Positions 28,010-35,924 of a stretch of DNA of 36,917 nt are shown in pieces; positions within the stretch are counted from its first letter, which is position 1, and each line of letters starts with the position of its first letter. The position numbers were made by a program, and so were the translations under genes. Origin of the DNA: an archaeon (lineage in GTDB: Archaea; Thermoplasmatota; E2; UBA202; JdFR-43). The stretch lies in the NCBI GenBank assembly GCA_024275755.1, contig JAJRYN010000097.1, positions 1-36,917 of the forward strand, read 5' to 3'. Under the pieces are notes generated by a model that was not told the origin of the DNA, made no database searches, and saw nothing but the letters and a program-made list of their open reading frames with translations.

Positions 28010-28337
28010 TTGCCTCGCCTCCTGCTTCTGCCTGCTGCTGTTGCTGAGGTTGCTCCGCTTTCTTTCCGCCTGCCTCCCTTTTTAGGATATAATCTTCTTC
28101 TATTCTTCTTGCCACCTCTTCTGATGGATATACCTTCGCATAAACTCTTGCCTGCATCATTCCAAAAAAGGGCTCTATTTTATGTATTACTATGTAGCCA
28201 CTGAGTCCCAGCGCGTTTTTCAGTTCTTCTTTAATTTTTTTCCTTGGCGGTGTTGCTCCTTCATACTTGACTATGCACTCTATCTCTTCCCTTTCGAGTA
28301 GCTTATTTTCTCTCCTCTTTTCTACTTCTATCTCCAT
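28002..28337 (-). CDS. rps24e: Ribosomal protein S24e (with Gln/Ala/Glu-rich C-terminal tail)
   Basis: [35 protein letters not shown]...[13 protein letters not shown] is typical of S24e. Tail: [20 protein letters not shown]. Confidence 0.9.
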   Translation of the reverse strand: MEIEVEKRRENKLLEREEIECIVKYEGATPPRKKIKEELKNALGLSGYIVIHKIEPFFGMMQARVYAKVYPSEEVARRIEEDYILKREAGGKKAEQPQQQQQAEAGGEANE

Positions 28338-28339
28338 TT

Positions 28340-28819
28340 TTACCCCTCTATTTCTTTAAGGAAATTTTCCACTTTCTTTCTTTCCTCTTCTCCCACTTCA
28401 ACCACTACCATTCCCTTAGATGGCAGGCCATATATTACTGTTGTGCTGTCTGGAGCAAGATATATTGCTGGTAGGGCAGCCAAATCTTCCTCGCCTTCAA
28501 CTTCTATCAGTATCGGTTTATCCTTGGCATATGCCGTGGCTATTGCATTCCAAAGCTCTCTTGTTATCATCCCAGCAGGATTCCTGACTTTTATTATTTC
28601 CTCAGCATGAAATCTTTCCCCTTTATATTCCTTTCTCTCAATTTTGTAATCAATGACAGCAATATCTGGAGTTATTCCATTTTTCTGCAAAACCATTGTA
28701 ACCATGTCACCCACGCTAACCACCTTTCCCTTTATCTCTCCCTTGCTTATTTCTTTAACAACCTTGCCAAGCGGCTTTCTTAACTCTTCTTTTTTCTCAT
28801 CTGGCAACACATACATCAT
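28340..28819 (-). CDS. DUF359 family, archaeal GTP-dependent dephospho-CoA kinase-like
   Basis: LRKPLGKVV, VVSVGDMVT, TPDIAVIDYKIERK, IEVEGEEDLAALPAI. It occupies the conserved position between spt4 and rps24e. Confidence 0.75.
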   Translation of the reverse strand: MMYVLPDEKKEELRKPLGKVVKEISKGEIKGKVVSVGDMVTMVLQKNGITPDIAVIDYKIERKEYKGERFHAEEIIKVRNPAGMITRELWNAIATAYAKDKPILIEVEGEEDLAALPAIYLAPDSTTVIYGLPSKGMVVVEVGEEERKKVENFLKEIEG

Positions 28820-28992
28820 CTAACCTTCAATGCATATTTTCCTGGCATTTTTATTTTCATTTTTTCTGCAATCTGTGAATTTTTGGGGTCGATAACTATA
28901 AGATACCCCTGCCATCTTTCTGATGTCGGCTCTCCACAATACGGACAGATGCTCTTATTTGTAAGTACGTGGCATTTTCTGCAGGCCTTCAT
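28816..28992 (-). CDS. spt4: Transcription elongation factor Spt4 / RNAP subunit E'' (hand-found)
   Basis: MKACRKCHVLTNKSICPYCGEPTSERWQGYLIVIDPKNSQIAEKMKIKMPGKYALKVR has a Zn-ribbon plus W.G..iv.dP..S.iA signature. ATGA overlaps occur at both ends. Confidence 0.85.
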   Translation of the reverse strand: MKACRKCHVLTNKSICPYCGEPTSERWQGYLIVIDPKNSQIAEKMKIKMPGKYALKVR

Positions 28993-29552
28993 TTCTTCTC
29001 CTCCTTCTTCTCCTTATCCTTTTCCTTCCATTCTTCTTTTCCCAACCCAGGCTGGCGCATTGTCAAGCCTATCTTGCTTTCTCTTGGATTCATTTCATTT
29101 AATGATACAGTAACTATCCTCACCCTTATTTTATCTCCTACTTTGAGTGATTTTTTTGTTTCTTTGCCTTCCAATCTCTTGTTTTCCGTATCAATAACAA
29201 CCTTATCATCCATAATCTGGCTTTTATGAAGTAAGGCATCTAAAGGCCCAATATGGCAGAAGGCACCAAAATCAACTATATCACAAACAATAGCATCAAC
29301 AACCTCATGCATTTCTGGTTTGAAGGTCAATGCTTCAAATTCCACCTGCTGATATATTGCCCCATCTCCATGTAGAATATAGCCCTCTCCTATTCTTTTG
29401 ACATCTCTTGTGAGAACTATTAAGCCGTATTCTTTGTTCATTGTCCCCTCAAAAGTTTCCTTTACTATTTTTTCACTAACCTCGTCTAAATCTTCACCGA
29501 TATAAGCAGGAGGAATCCGTATTGTGTTTTCCATTTTAACTAGATAATACAT
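28989..29552 (-). CDS. rpoE: DNA-directed RNA polymerase subunit E' (Rpo7)
   Basis: MYYLVKMENTIRIPP......EGYILHGDGAIYQQVEFEALTFKPEMHEVVDAIV..VDFGAF, followed by the S1-like LKVGDKIRVRIV. Confidence 0.9.
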   Translation of the reverse strand: MYYLVKMENTIRIPPAYIGEDLDEVSEKIVKETFEGTMNKEYGLIVLTRDVKRIGEGYILHGDGAIYQQVEFEALTFKPEMHEVVDAIVCDIVDFGAFCHIGPLDALLHKSQIMDDKVVIDTENKRLEGKETKKSLKVGDKIRVRIVTVSLNEMNPRESKIGLTMRQPGLGKEEWKEKDKEKKEEKK

Positions 29553-29605
29553 GCGTTGGAAATATTCTATTGCTTATAAATATTTTTAATTTGATAATAC
29601 ATGCT

Positions 29606-30835
29606 TTAGGGCTTTAATTTTATGGTTTCTCTCACAAGCTTCTCTATTCTCCTCAAACTCTTTTCAATAGCTTGGAGTTGTTTTCTCTGTTCTTCTGATA
29701 ACTCGCCATACTTTTCTTCTCCAAGTAGATGGAGATACCCTTGGGCTATGGAAAGAGGATTGAGGAAAAGATGTGCAACTCTTTCTGAAAAGATCTTTCT
29801 CAACCCCTTTTCTTCTTCTTTGGAATGGAATGCAAGAATGCTGATTTTCCCACCTTCTCTCTCCATTCCTGTAAATCTTCCATAAAGTATATGATGTACA
29901 CCGTAGCCATCTACAAATTCAAATTCCACTTCCTCGCTTTCGCTCCCCATAAATATTCTTTCATTTGCCTCCTTTATTTTTTCTCTGTCTTTTGCAGCAA
30001 CAAATTCTGTGAATAATTTTCCTTTCATTTCTTCCATCTCATATCCAAAATTTGCTTTTATGTGCTCATTTGCACTTTTAACTCTCCCCTCTTCATCAAG
30101 TATGACAACATTTATAGGTATATTATGCAGGATTTTTCTTAATGGCAATAATTCCTCTTCCATAAGGGTAGACGGTAAAAATGGTATGCTGTCTATTTTC
30201 AATAACAGTTCTCTGCATCTTTTAATGCCTATTTCTGCAATGTTTATTTCTCTTTTAGCTTCGATAACTTTCTCTGCAAACTCTTTTCTGCTTATTTCCT
30301 TAAGCAACCTTTTCCCAGATAGCTCTACCAATTCCTTCCTCAATGTTATTATTTTTGTCTCCAGATCATTTATTCTTTTAATCAATGCTTCCTTCAATAG
30401 TAACACTTCCTCAACGTATTTTCTTACTTCCGGATATTTCGCTTCTATCGCTCTATATAACTCATCCTTGCTGGCCCCATGCAAAAGAGATTCATGCACA
30501 TCCGGCAATTTGGTTTTTGCCTCCAGTTCAGCCACAAGTTTCAATCCTTCTGAATACCATAATGGAGCGAAAATTAATCCTCTTCTGGTTTTTTCAAATG
30601 CGTCTGAAGGAAAATAAAATGTTTTACCCATCTCATCCTCAATTTCGTATCCTATTTCCTCCCCCAAACTATTTCTCACTATCTTCTTCACAACCCCTAC
30701 TCTTTCTCCTGTATCCTCAAAATAGACAGGTAAGCCAATAATTCTCCTCTCTTTCCGTCTAGATGCGTCTATCCAGAATCTTATTTTCCTTTTGATAGAT
30801 ATGAAGAATTTCCGGATTGTCCAATAGATGCTCAT
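29606..30835 (-). CDS. Cytoplasmic sensor-like protein: PRC-barrel-like N-terminus, coiled coil, PAS, C-terminal DHp-like His module (no HATPase_c)
   Basis: The PRC-like call for IIGLPVYFEDTGERVGVVKKIV...TFYFPSDAFEKTRRGLIFAP is tentative. PAS: INVVILDEEGRVKSANEHIKANFGYEMEEMKG. Ends VAHLFLNPLSIAQGYLHLL...LQAIEKSLRRIEKLV. ATGA overlap with the upstream peptidase gene. Confidence 0.7.
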   Translation of the reverse strand: MSIYWTIRKFFISIKRKIRFWIDASRRKERRIIGLPVYFEDTGERVGVVKKIVRNSLGEEIGYEIEDEMGKTFYFPSDAFEKTRRGLIFAPLWYSEGLKLVAELEAKTKLPDVHESLLHGASKDELYRAIEAKYPEVRKYVEEVLLLKEALIKRINDLETKIITLRKELVELSGKRLLKEISRKEFAEKVIEAKREINIAEIGIKRCRELLLKIDSIPFLPSTLMEEELLPLRKILHNIPINVVILDEEGRVKSANEHIKANFGYEMEEMKGKLFTEFVAAKDREKIKEANERIFMGSESEEVEFEFVDGYGVHHILYGRFTGMEREGGKISILAFHSKEEEKGLRKIFSERVAHLFLNPLSIAQGYLHLLGEEKYGELSEEQRKQLQAIEKSLRRIEKLVRETIKLKP

Positions 30836-32427
30836 ATGTCACACACCTCCAGCAAAGCAGCGGGATCGATTTTTTCCCTCACACGATGCAGTACTGCCAC
30901 AAACGCCATCATTGACATAAAGTTTACTGTGAAAAGAATAATAATCAAAATAAAAGATATGGAAAGATATTGCATGAAGAGGATAAATGCCCCATCCCCC
31001 AAAAAGAGCATCATTCGGGCTGCAAAAACAAGAGATAAGATGGATGAGGAAATTAAGGAGGCGAAAGCAAACTCGTTTTTAAATCTACAGCCTAAGTGAT
31101 ATAAGAGAATAGAAATAACCATGGAAGAAACAAATGCCGTTAGAAAGAGATTTCCTATTCCATCAAAAAGAAGTGGAATGAAAATGATGGTGATCAATGG
31201 GATAAAAATCGCCTTTTTGTTAATCGTGTCTACCCATAGTAGCATATTTCTAATCTTTTCTCCTGCTTTATTAATTTTGTTTTTTATCGCGGCAAAACCA
31301 CGATGTAAGAAAAGGAATCTTGGATAATGTCTCATTGTAACAGCAGGCATATACGCCGCTGTCAAATGGAACTTTTCTATAATTATTGAAGAAAATATGA
31401 GTAGCAGGAGTGTAATGAATGACATTATAAGCGATGAGAGTAACGAGGAAAATAGGACACACATCCTCGGATTTATATTATAGAAGTATTCAATAACTTT
31501 TTCTGGAAGCAGCATCCAGTAAGGAGACGAATAAACAAAAACCTTTCCTCTGATTTCTTTAGCATATCCTACCCCAATCTCTTTTCTTTCCCCACTTTTA
31601 ATAGCAAATATATTGCTATCCAGTGTTATATTCTTATTTCCTTCTGCAAAAACTATTCCCCTTACAGGAAGCAAGGAGGGATTGTACACTGGGATGCCAG
31701 CCACAACCCTGTTTTTATGTTCTTCAAGGGTAATGCTATCGTATGCAAAAAAAGATGTTAGCAGCAGAAAAGGAATAAAAAAGGAGAAAATGTATCCCAT
31801 CATCTTTTTGGCTGTTATTTTTTCAGGGCCAAAAATCAATTCATGCAGCTTTTCTTTCAAGCTTTTGCCATTTGGAAGCCATATTATAAGATACGCCATC
31901 AAAATGGTTAGGAAAAATATAAAGGGAAAAAATATTAGATAATGTATTGCTGGCTGCGGTTTGCCCCAGTTAATCGGAGTGGCCATTTTGTCGATAGCTT
32001 TTTGCAAATAAATCCAGAAATAGCCGACGAAAGGTATTTTCAATGGCTGGCTACCAATCATTATTGCTTTTCCATAAAGATTTCTTTCAGATACCATAGG
32101 CTCAGGTATATGTGGACCTGCCTGGTCTGTATAGTTGTTCGCATCTCCTTTTGTAATAAGTTTTCCATCTTTAATGTCGATGACTCTATGAATGATGAGA
32201 TTGCCATAAACACTTTTATAGACAACTATATCGCCTTCTTTAACATCATCGATTTTACATGGCATCCAGATTACAATGTCCCCCTCATGTAAACTCGGTT
32301 TCATTGAGGAAGAGGAAATAATATTCATTGGATAGGGCACTCCATTAAATATGGTGATAAACCTTGTTATTATAATGAGGAACACTGCAATGAAAGCAAT
32401 GTTTCCTATCACTTTTTTCATGTTCAT
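30832..32427 (-). CDS. SipW/Sec11-type (S26B) signal peptidase I fused to a ~380-aa polytopic membrane domain
   Basis: N-terminal TM, then ISSSSMKPSLHEGDIV (Ser box), GNLIIHRVI (His box) and ITKGDANNYTD (GDxN box). About 8 further hydrophobic helices and a ~90-aa soluble insert follow. ATGA overlaps at both ends. Confidence 0.8.
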   Translation of the reverse strand: MNMKKVIGNIAFIAVFLIIITRFITIFNGVPYPMNIISSSSMKPSLHEGDIVIWMPCKIDDVKEGDIVVYKSVYGNLIIHRVIDIKDGKLITKGDANNYTDQAGPHIPEPMVSERNLYGKAIMIGSQPLKIPFVGYFWIYLQKAIDKMATPINWGKPQPAIHYLIFFPFIFFLTILMAYLIIWLPNGKSLKEKLHELIFGPEKITAKKMMGYIFSFFIPFLLLTSFFAYDSITLEEHKNRVVAGIPVYNPSLLPVRGIVFAEGNKNITLDSNIFAIKSGERKEIGVGYAKEIRGKVFVYSSPYWMLLPEKVIEYFYNINPRMCVLFSSLLSSLIMSFITLLLLIFSSIIIEKFHLTAAYMPAVTMRHYPRFLFLHRGFAAIKNKINKAGEKIRNMLLWVDTINKKAIFIPLITIIFIPLLFDGIGNLFLTAFVSSMVISILLYHLGCRFKNEFAFASLISSSILSLVFAARMMLFLGDGAFILFMQYLSISFILIIILFTVNFMSMMAFVAVLHRVREKIDPAALLEVCDI

Positions 32428-33791
32428 TTTGTTATCACCTCCACCATAATATAGTCTGTATCAATTATGGAATAAATGGTCCACACCCATATTCTCCTTG
32501 TATAAGAGTTCTGCTCCACAAGCAAAATCAGTTTTCCATTACGAATATAATTTGATGAATTCAGTACATATGCTTCCAATGTATCCTCACTAGCTACACT
32601 GTTCATGACCAATGCATCATATTTGCTTGCGGTATAATTCCACAAAAATATGGTTGCGCCTGGCGTAAGTAAATGTCTTCCTCTTCCATTCCATAATATA
32701 TGCAATAGTGCAATTTCATCAGAGCTTTCATTCAAAGTGAGGACAAAGCGATGTGCCGCATAGAAACCTCTTGCTGCTATATCGGTTTGGAAGGTGCCAT
32801 CATCATAGAAAATATTCTGATATTGCAAGGAGGTAAATTCAACAGAGGGAGTGTCATTGGTGGAAGGTGGAAGTGCATCTACCTCCCATCTATATGCATA
32901 TCTATCTACTCCTGCATTTGTAGAGAAGTCGTATATACTAAGTATATCAGATATGCTTTCATTGGTGACGTATATGCCAGCTTCATCTGTTGCTATTCTG
33001 TAAAAGTTGCCTCCTGTCGAATAGTCATTTATACCCTTTAAATCGAAAAGTATTATTTTCCAGTTTCCGGACAGCATGCCACTTACAGCAAAAACATCCC
33101 ATGTATTGTTTGATGATGCAACAAATGTGCCATAAAAACTGCCAGAAGGGGAATATACCAATGCTGCAATATAATCTCCATCATATATTGCAAAACTGAA
33201 GTTGCCATCGGAAGGAATTTCGTATGTTTCATATGCAGAAAAACCTGCCCCTCTTCCAAGAATCATTGCATCATTACTCCCATAATAATTGCCGGGAGGA
33301 GAATATCCTGGATAAAGCGATGACTGACTTTCATTCATAAAAATTCTATCTGTTACAACTATTTCTAGCCCATAATAATTCCCATTGACATATCCCCAGG
33401 AATCTTCAATTATTTCTATTGTGTAATTGCCATGAGCGCTTGAAAAGTTAAAATAATTCCATGTATCAGAGGATGTTGCATAAGAATCGATAATAACACC
33501 TGTTGAATTATATACTCTTATTCTGAGTCCATCTCCATCATATATTCCTATGCTAACCTCGCTATTCAGCGCTGTGAAGTGGTAAGAATGAACTTCATTT
33601 ATCTTTCCCTCTCTAGCAATTGTAGCAGAAAAATCGCCTCTGAAACGCACAGCATATGTAATTGGAATGGAAAAAATATAATTGGTTCCCAACACTGCAT
33701 TTTCATTTGCAAAAAGACGGGATGAAAAAAAGCTACTACAAAATAATAAAATAAGAGAAAGGATGGCAATGGTTGCCAACTTTTTTTTCAT
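32424..33791 (-). CDS. Secreted protein with two duplicated beta-sandwich (PPC-like) modules and an uncharacterised C-terminal domain
   Basis: Signal peptide MKKKLATIAILSLILLFCSSFFS. Internal repeat aa ~67-146 vs ~187-267 (IGIYDGDGLRIRVYNSTG...ATSSDTWNYF...GNYTIEI vs FAIYDGDYIAALVYSPSG...ASSNNTWDVF...GNWKIIL). More than 10 N-x-S/T sequons. Confidence 0.65.
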   Translation of the reverse strand: MKKKLATIAILSLILLFCSSFFSSRLFANENAVLGTNYIFSIPITYAVRFRGDFSATIAREGKINEVHSYHFTALNSEVSIGIYDGDGLRIRVYNSTGVIIDSYATSSDTWNYFNFSSAHGNYTIEIIEDSWGYVNGNYYGLEIVVTDRIFMNESQSSLYPGYSPPGNYYGSNDAMILGRGAGFSAYETYEIPSDGNFSFAIYDGDYIAALVYSPSGSFYGTFVASSNNTWDVFAVSGMLSGNWKIILFDLKGINDYSTGGNFYRIATDEAGIYVTNESISDILSIYDFSTNAGVDRYAYRWEVDALPPSTNDTPSVEFTSLQYQNIFYDDGTFQTDIAARGFYAAHRFVLTLNESSDEIALLHILWNGRGRHLLTPGATIFLWNYTASKYDALVMNSVASEDTLEAYVLNSSNYIRNGKLILLVEQNSYTRRIWVWTIYSIIDTDYIMVEVITK

Positions 33792-33871
33792 GGTAGCGTC
33801 AGCAGCGCCGCTATAGCCGCCAGTATAATTGCAATGGCAAGCAGCAGCAGTATCTTCTTTCTAAGCCCCAT
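33788..33871 (-). CDS. 27-codon ORF encoding a single hydrophobic helix (MGLRKKILLLLAIAIILAAIAALLTLP)
   Basis: It exactly fills the only gap in the operon. Its ATG shares a base with the upstream TAA (TAATG) and its TGA overlaps the downstream ATG (ATGA). No homology evidence. Confidence 0.4.
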   Translation of the reverse strand: MGLRKKILLLLAIAIILAAIAALLTLP

Positions 33872-34524
33872 TACGTTTCTGCCTTAAACTGGAATTCTAT
33901 CGAGCCAGTATATGTTGTGCCTTTTGTTGCCCCACTTGTATCTATGGAAATCTGCACCCAGACAAAATCTGTTGAGCCATTTATTGCAGACGGTGTGCCA
34001 GCAGCATATCTGATATTATCATCTGTATCCCAAGGTGTGGAAGTTGTTTCCATTGTTGAATTATCCATATCTCCTGTATCAAGAATCCAGTAGCCCTGCG
34101 ATGCCGAGCCATCCCAGATTAAGAGCCTGGCGGTTGCGGCTTCGCCTGTTGCGTCAACAGTTGGATCGGAGTGGAGCCATATTCTTATGAAATTTGCTCC
34201 TGTTCCGCTCACCGATACACCTGTAATATTTACAGGGAAACCTTCTTCATTCACTATTGCAAATGCTGCAGTATATGTCTTATTCATTCCCTTAGGTATG
34301 TCTCCAAATTTGATGGTCATTGTCGCCGTATTATTATCCTCTATCCTTAACAGTCTTCGTCCATCTGTAGAATTATCCATTGCAACAAATCTTATGAACC
34401 CGTTGGATGGATGAACAACGCTGAATTCATAGCCTATTGTTATTCTCGCATACTGTGTTGCAACGGCTGCAGACAGCACTGCCACTGTTATTCCTATTAG
34501 CAATACCTTTTTTCTTACATCCAC
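33871..34524 (-). CDS. Secreted TasA/camelysin-like (tentative) beta-rich protein
   Basis: GGAGG lies 8 nt before GTG 34524 (ORF open to GTG 34542). Signal peptide VRKKVLLIGITVAVLSAAVATQYA. Six N-x-S/T sequons. The C-terminal strand GTTYTGSIEFQFKAET resembles the TasA end YQGNSIKLQFSFEATQ. It sits in an operon with a SipW-type peptidase. Confidence 0.55.
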   Translation of the reverse strand: MDVRKKVLLIGITVAVLSAAVATQYARITIGYEFSVVHPSNGFIRFVAMDNSTDGRRLLRIEDNNTATMTIKFGDIPKGMNKTYTAAFAIVNEEGFPVNITGVSVSGTGANFIRIWLHSDPTVDATGEAATARLLIWDGSASQGYWILDTGDMDNSTMETTSTPWDTDDNIRYAAGTPSAINGSTDFVWVQISIDTSGATKGTTYTGSIEFQFKAET

Positions 34525-34630
34525 ATTAATCCCCTCCAGCACCCATTCAAGGCGGAATATATAATATTTTTGAAATTTTTCGATGTTAGTAAAAACTTTT
34601 TTAATTTGGCTTAATTATTTTTTAAAGAAA

Positions 34631-34642
34631 TATTATATTTTA
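34631..34642 (+). promoter_or_regulatory. TATA-like box for the LuxE-like gene
   Basis: TATTATATTTTA is centred ~23 nt upstream of ATG 34659. The palindrome CCAATATTGG lies between it and the start codon. Confidence 0.3.
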
Positions 34643-34658
34643 TACCAATATTGGCAAC

Positions 34659-35924
34659 ATGAACCGTTTATTAAATAGGCTAAAGGAAATATTTTACCTT
34701 CCCCCCGAAAAATGGAAGGAAGTGGATAAACTTATCTATGGACTGGATGACTATTATCTTTACGACTCGAAGAAAATTCAGGAAAGCAGATTTAAAGCAA
34801 TAAAGGAAGCTTTTTTGCACCACTACACAAATAATCTGTTTTATCACAAATATTGCAAGGAAAACAATGTTACTCCAGACGATATCAAAAGCGTTGACGA
34901 CTTCAACAAAATTCCTCTGATTCCGGACAAGTTCTTTAAAGATTATCCGGACGAAGATCCAAGAAAATTATATGAATGGCTCTATAAAATTTCCTCAGTT
35001 GATATAGGAACTTATGATTTCAATGGAAAGAAACTCCAGGACTTCCTAGTATGGGCTGAGAAAAAGCTAAATGGCATTGTTACTCATTCTTCTGGCACAA
35101 CAGGAAAATTCAGTTTTATGTTCAGAGATGAGGTAACAAGAAAGAGGATGTTTTATTCTGCAGATAAAATTTTGCTGTTTACAATATACCCCCCAGCTGA
35201 TGATGCCCATATAATATATCCTGGGCCCATAAAGACTCATTTAACTATGGGGAGATGGGTTGCAGAAGGAACAAGAATATTCGATGAAAATCATCGCCAT
35301 TTTCTGACAGAAAGGCCGCTCAGCATTGATATAATAAGGATAATGTCTGGACAGGTTAATGGAATGGGGGACAAATTGAAATTGATGGTGATAAAGAAGG
35401 CCATGCACAAAGGACAGCTCAAGCTATTGAAACTTTTAGAAGAAATGGATAAAAAAGGCAAGCAAATTTACATGATTACATTTCCCTTCCAGTTATATGA
35501 TTTGATGAAAATAATGGAGGAACAAGGTGTTTATCTAAACCTTGGAGAAAGCAATTCAGTTATAATAACAGGAGGTGGATGGAAAATACACGAAAACATA
35601 AAGATATCATCAGCAGAAATGGCGAAGAAGATAGAGGAATTTTTCGGTATAGAAACTAACAACTACAGAGATGTTTATGGAATGTCTGAGATGAATGGCT
35701 TGGCGTTAGATTGTGAAGCAAGATACAAGCATTTCCCTCCATGGATTCATCCAATAGTGCTTGACGAAAATTATGAACCTGTTTCATATGGTGAAGAAGG
35801 AAGATTTGCTTTTCTGGATCCGGCTGCCAATAGTTATCCAGGTTTCATAATCACTGGGGACAAGGTGAAACTTATGGAAGCATGTCCAGAATGTGGAAGA
35901 GAAGGCATCGTGATAAAGGGATAA
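34659..35924 (+). CDS. LuxE-like acyl-protein synthetase / adenylate-forming enzyme, terminated by TAA before its conserved C-terminal tail
   Basis: Colinear with Vibrio LuxE as recalled: AFLHHYTNNLFYHKYC, IPLIPDKFFK, THSSGTTGKFSF, VIITGGGWK, HFPPWIHPIVLDENYEPV, DPAANSYPGFIITGD. Confidence 0.8.
   Translation: MNRLLNRLKEIFYLPPEKWKEVDKLIYGLDDYYLYDSKKIQESRFKAIKEAFLHHYTNNLFYHKYCKENNVTPDDIKSVDDFNKIPLIPDKFFKDYPDEDPRKLYEWLYKISSVDIGTYDFNGKKLQDFLVWAEKKLNGIVTHSSGTTGKFSFMFRDEVTRKRMFYSADKILLFTIYPPADDAHIIYPGPIKTHLTMGRWVAEGTRIFDENHRHFLTERPLSIDIIRIMSGQVNGMGDKLKLMVIKKAMHKGQLKLLKLLEEMDKKGKQIYMITFPFQLYDLMKIMEEQGVYLNLGESNSVIITGGGWKIHENIKISSAEMAKKIEEFFGIETNNYRDVYGMSEMNGLALDCEARYKHFPPWIHPIVLDENYEPVSYGEEGRFAFLDPAANSYPGFIITGDKVKLMEACPECGREGIVIKG

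Noticed and set aside
28011-28080. Unusually GC-rich, repetitive tract (ctgctgctgttgctg...) considered as a structured RNA or microsatellite.
   Set aside because: It is the reverse complement of the in-frame Gln/Ala/Glu-rich tail of S24e ([20 protein letters not shown]). This is a low-complexity protein extension and not a separate element.
30009-30741. Plus-strand ORFs 30009-30617 (202 aa) and 30385-30741.
   Set aside because: They are antisense to the PRC/PAS gene, which has PAS and H-box motifs and ATGA coupling. The translations are low-complexity Ser/Phe/Leu.
33871-34542. The TasA-like protein considered as a type IV pilin or archaellin-like subunit.
   Set aside because: The N-terminus lacks the class III signal peptide pattern (K/R-G followed directly by a hydrophobic stretch). 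No PibD/FlaK peptidase or pilus ATPase is nearby, and the co-encoded peptidase is type I (SipW-like).
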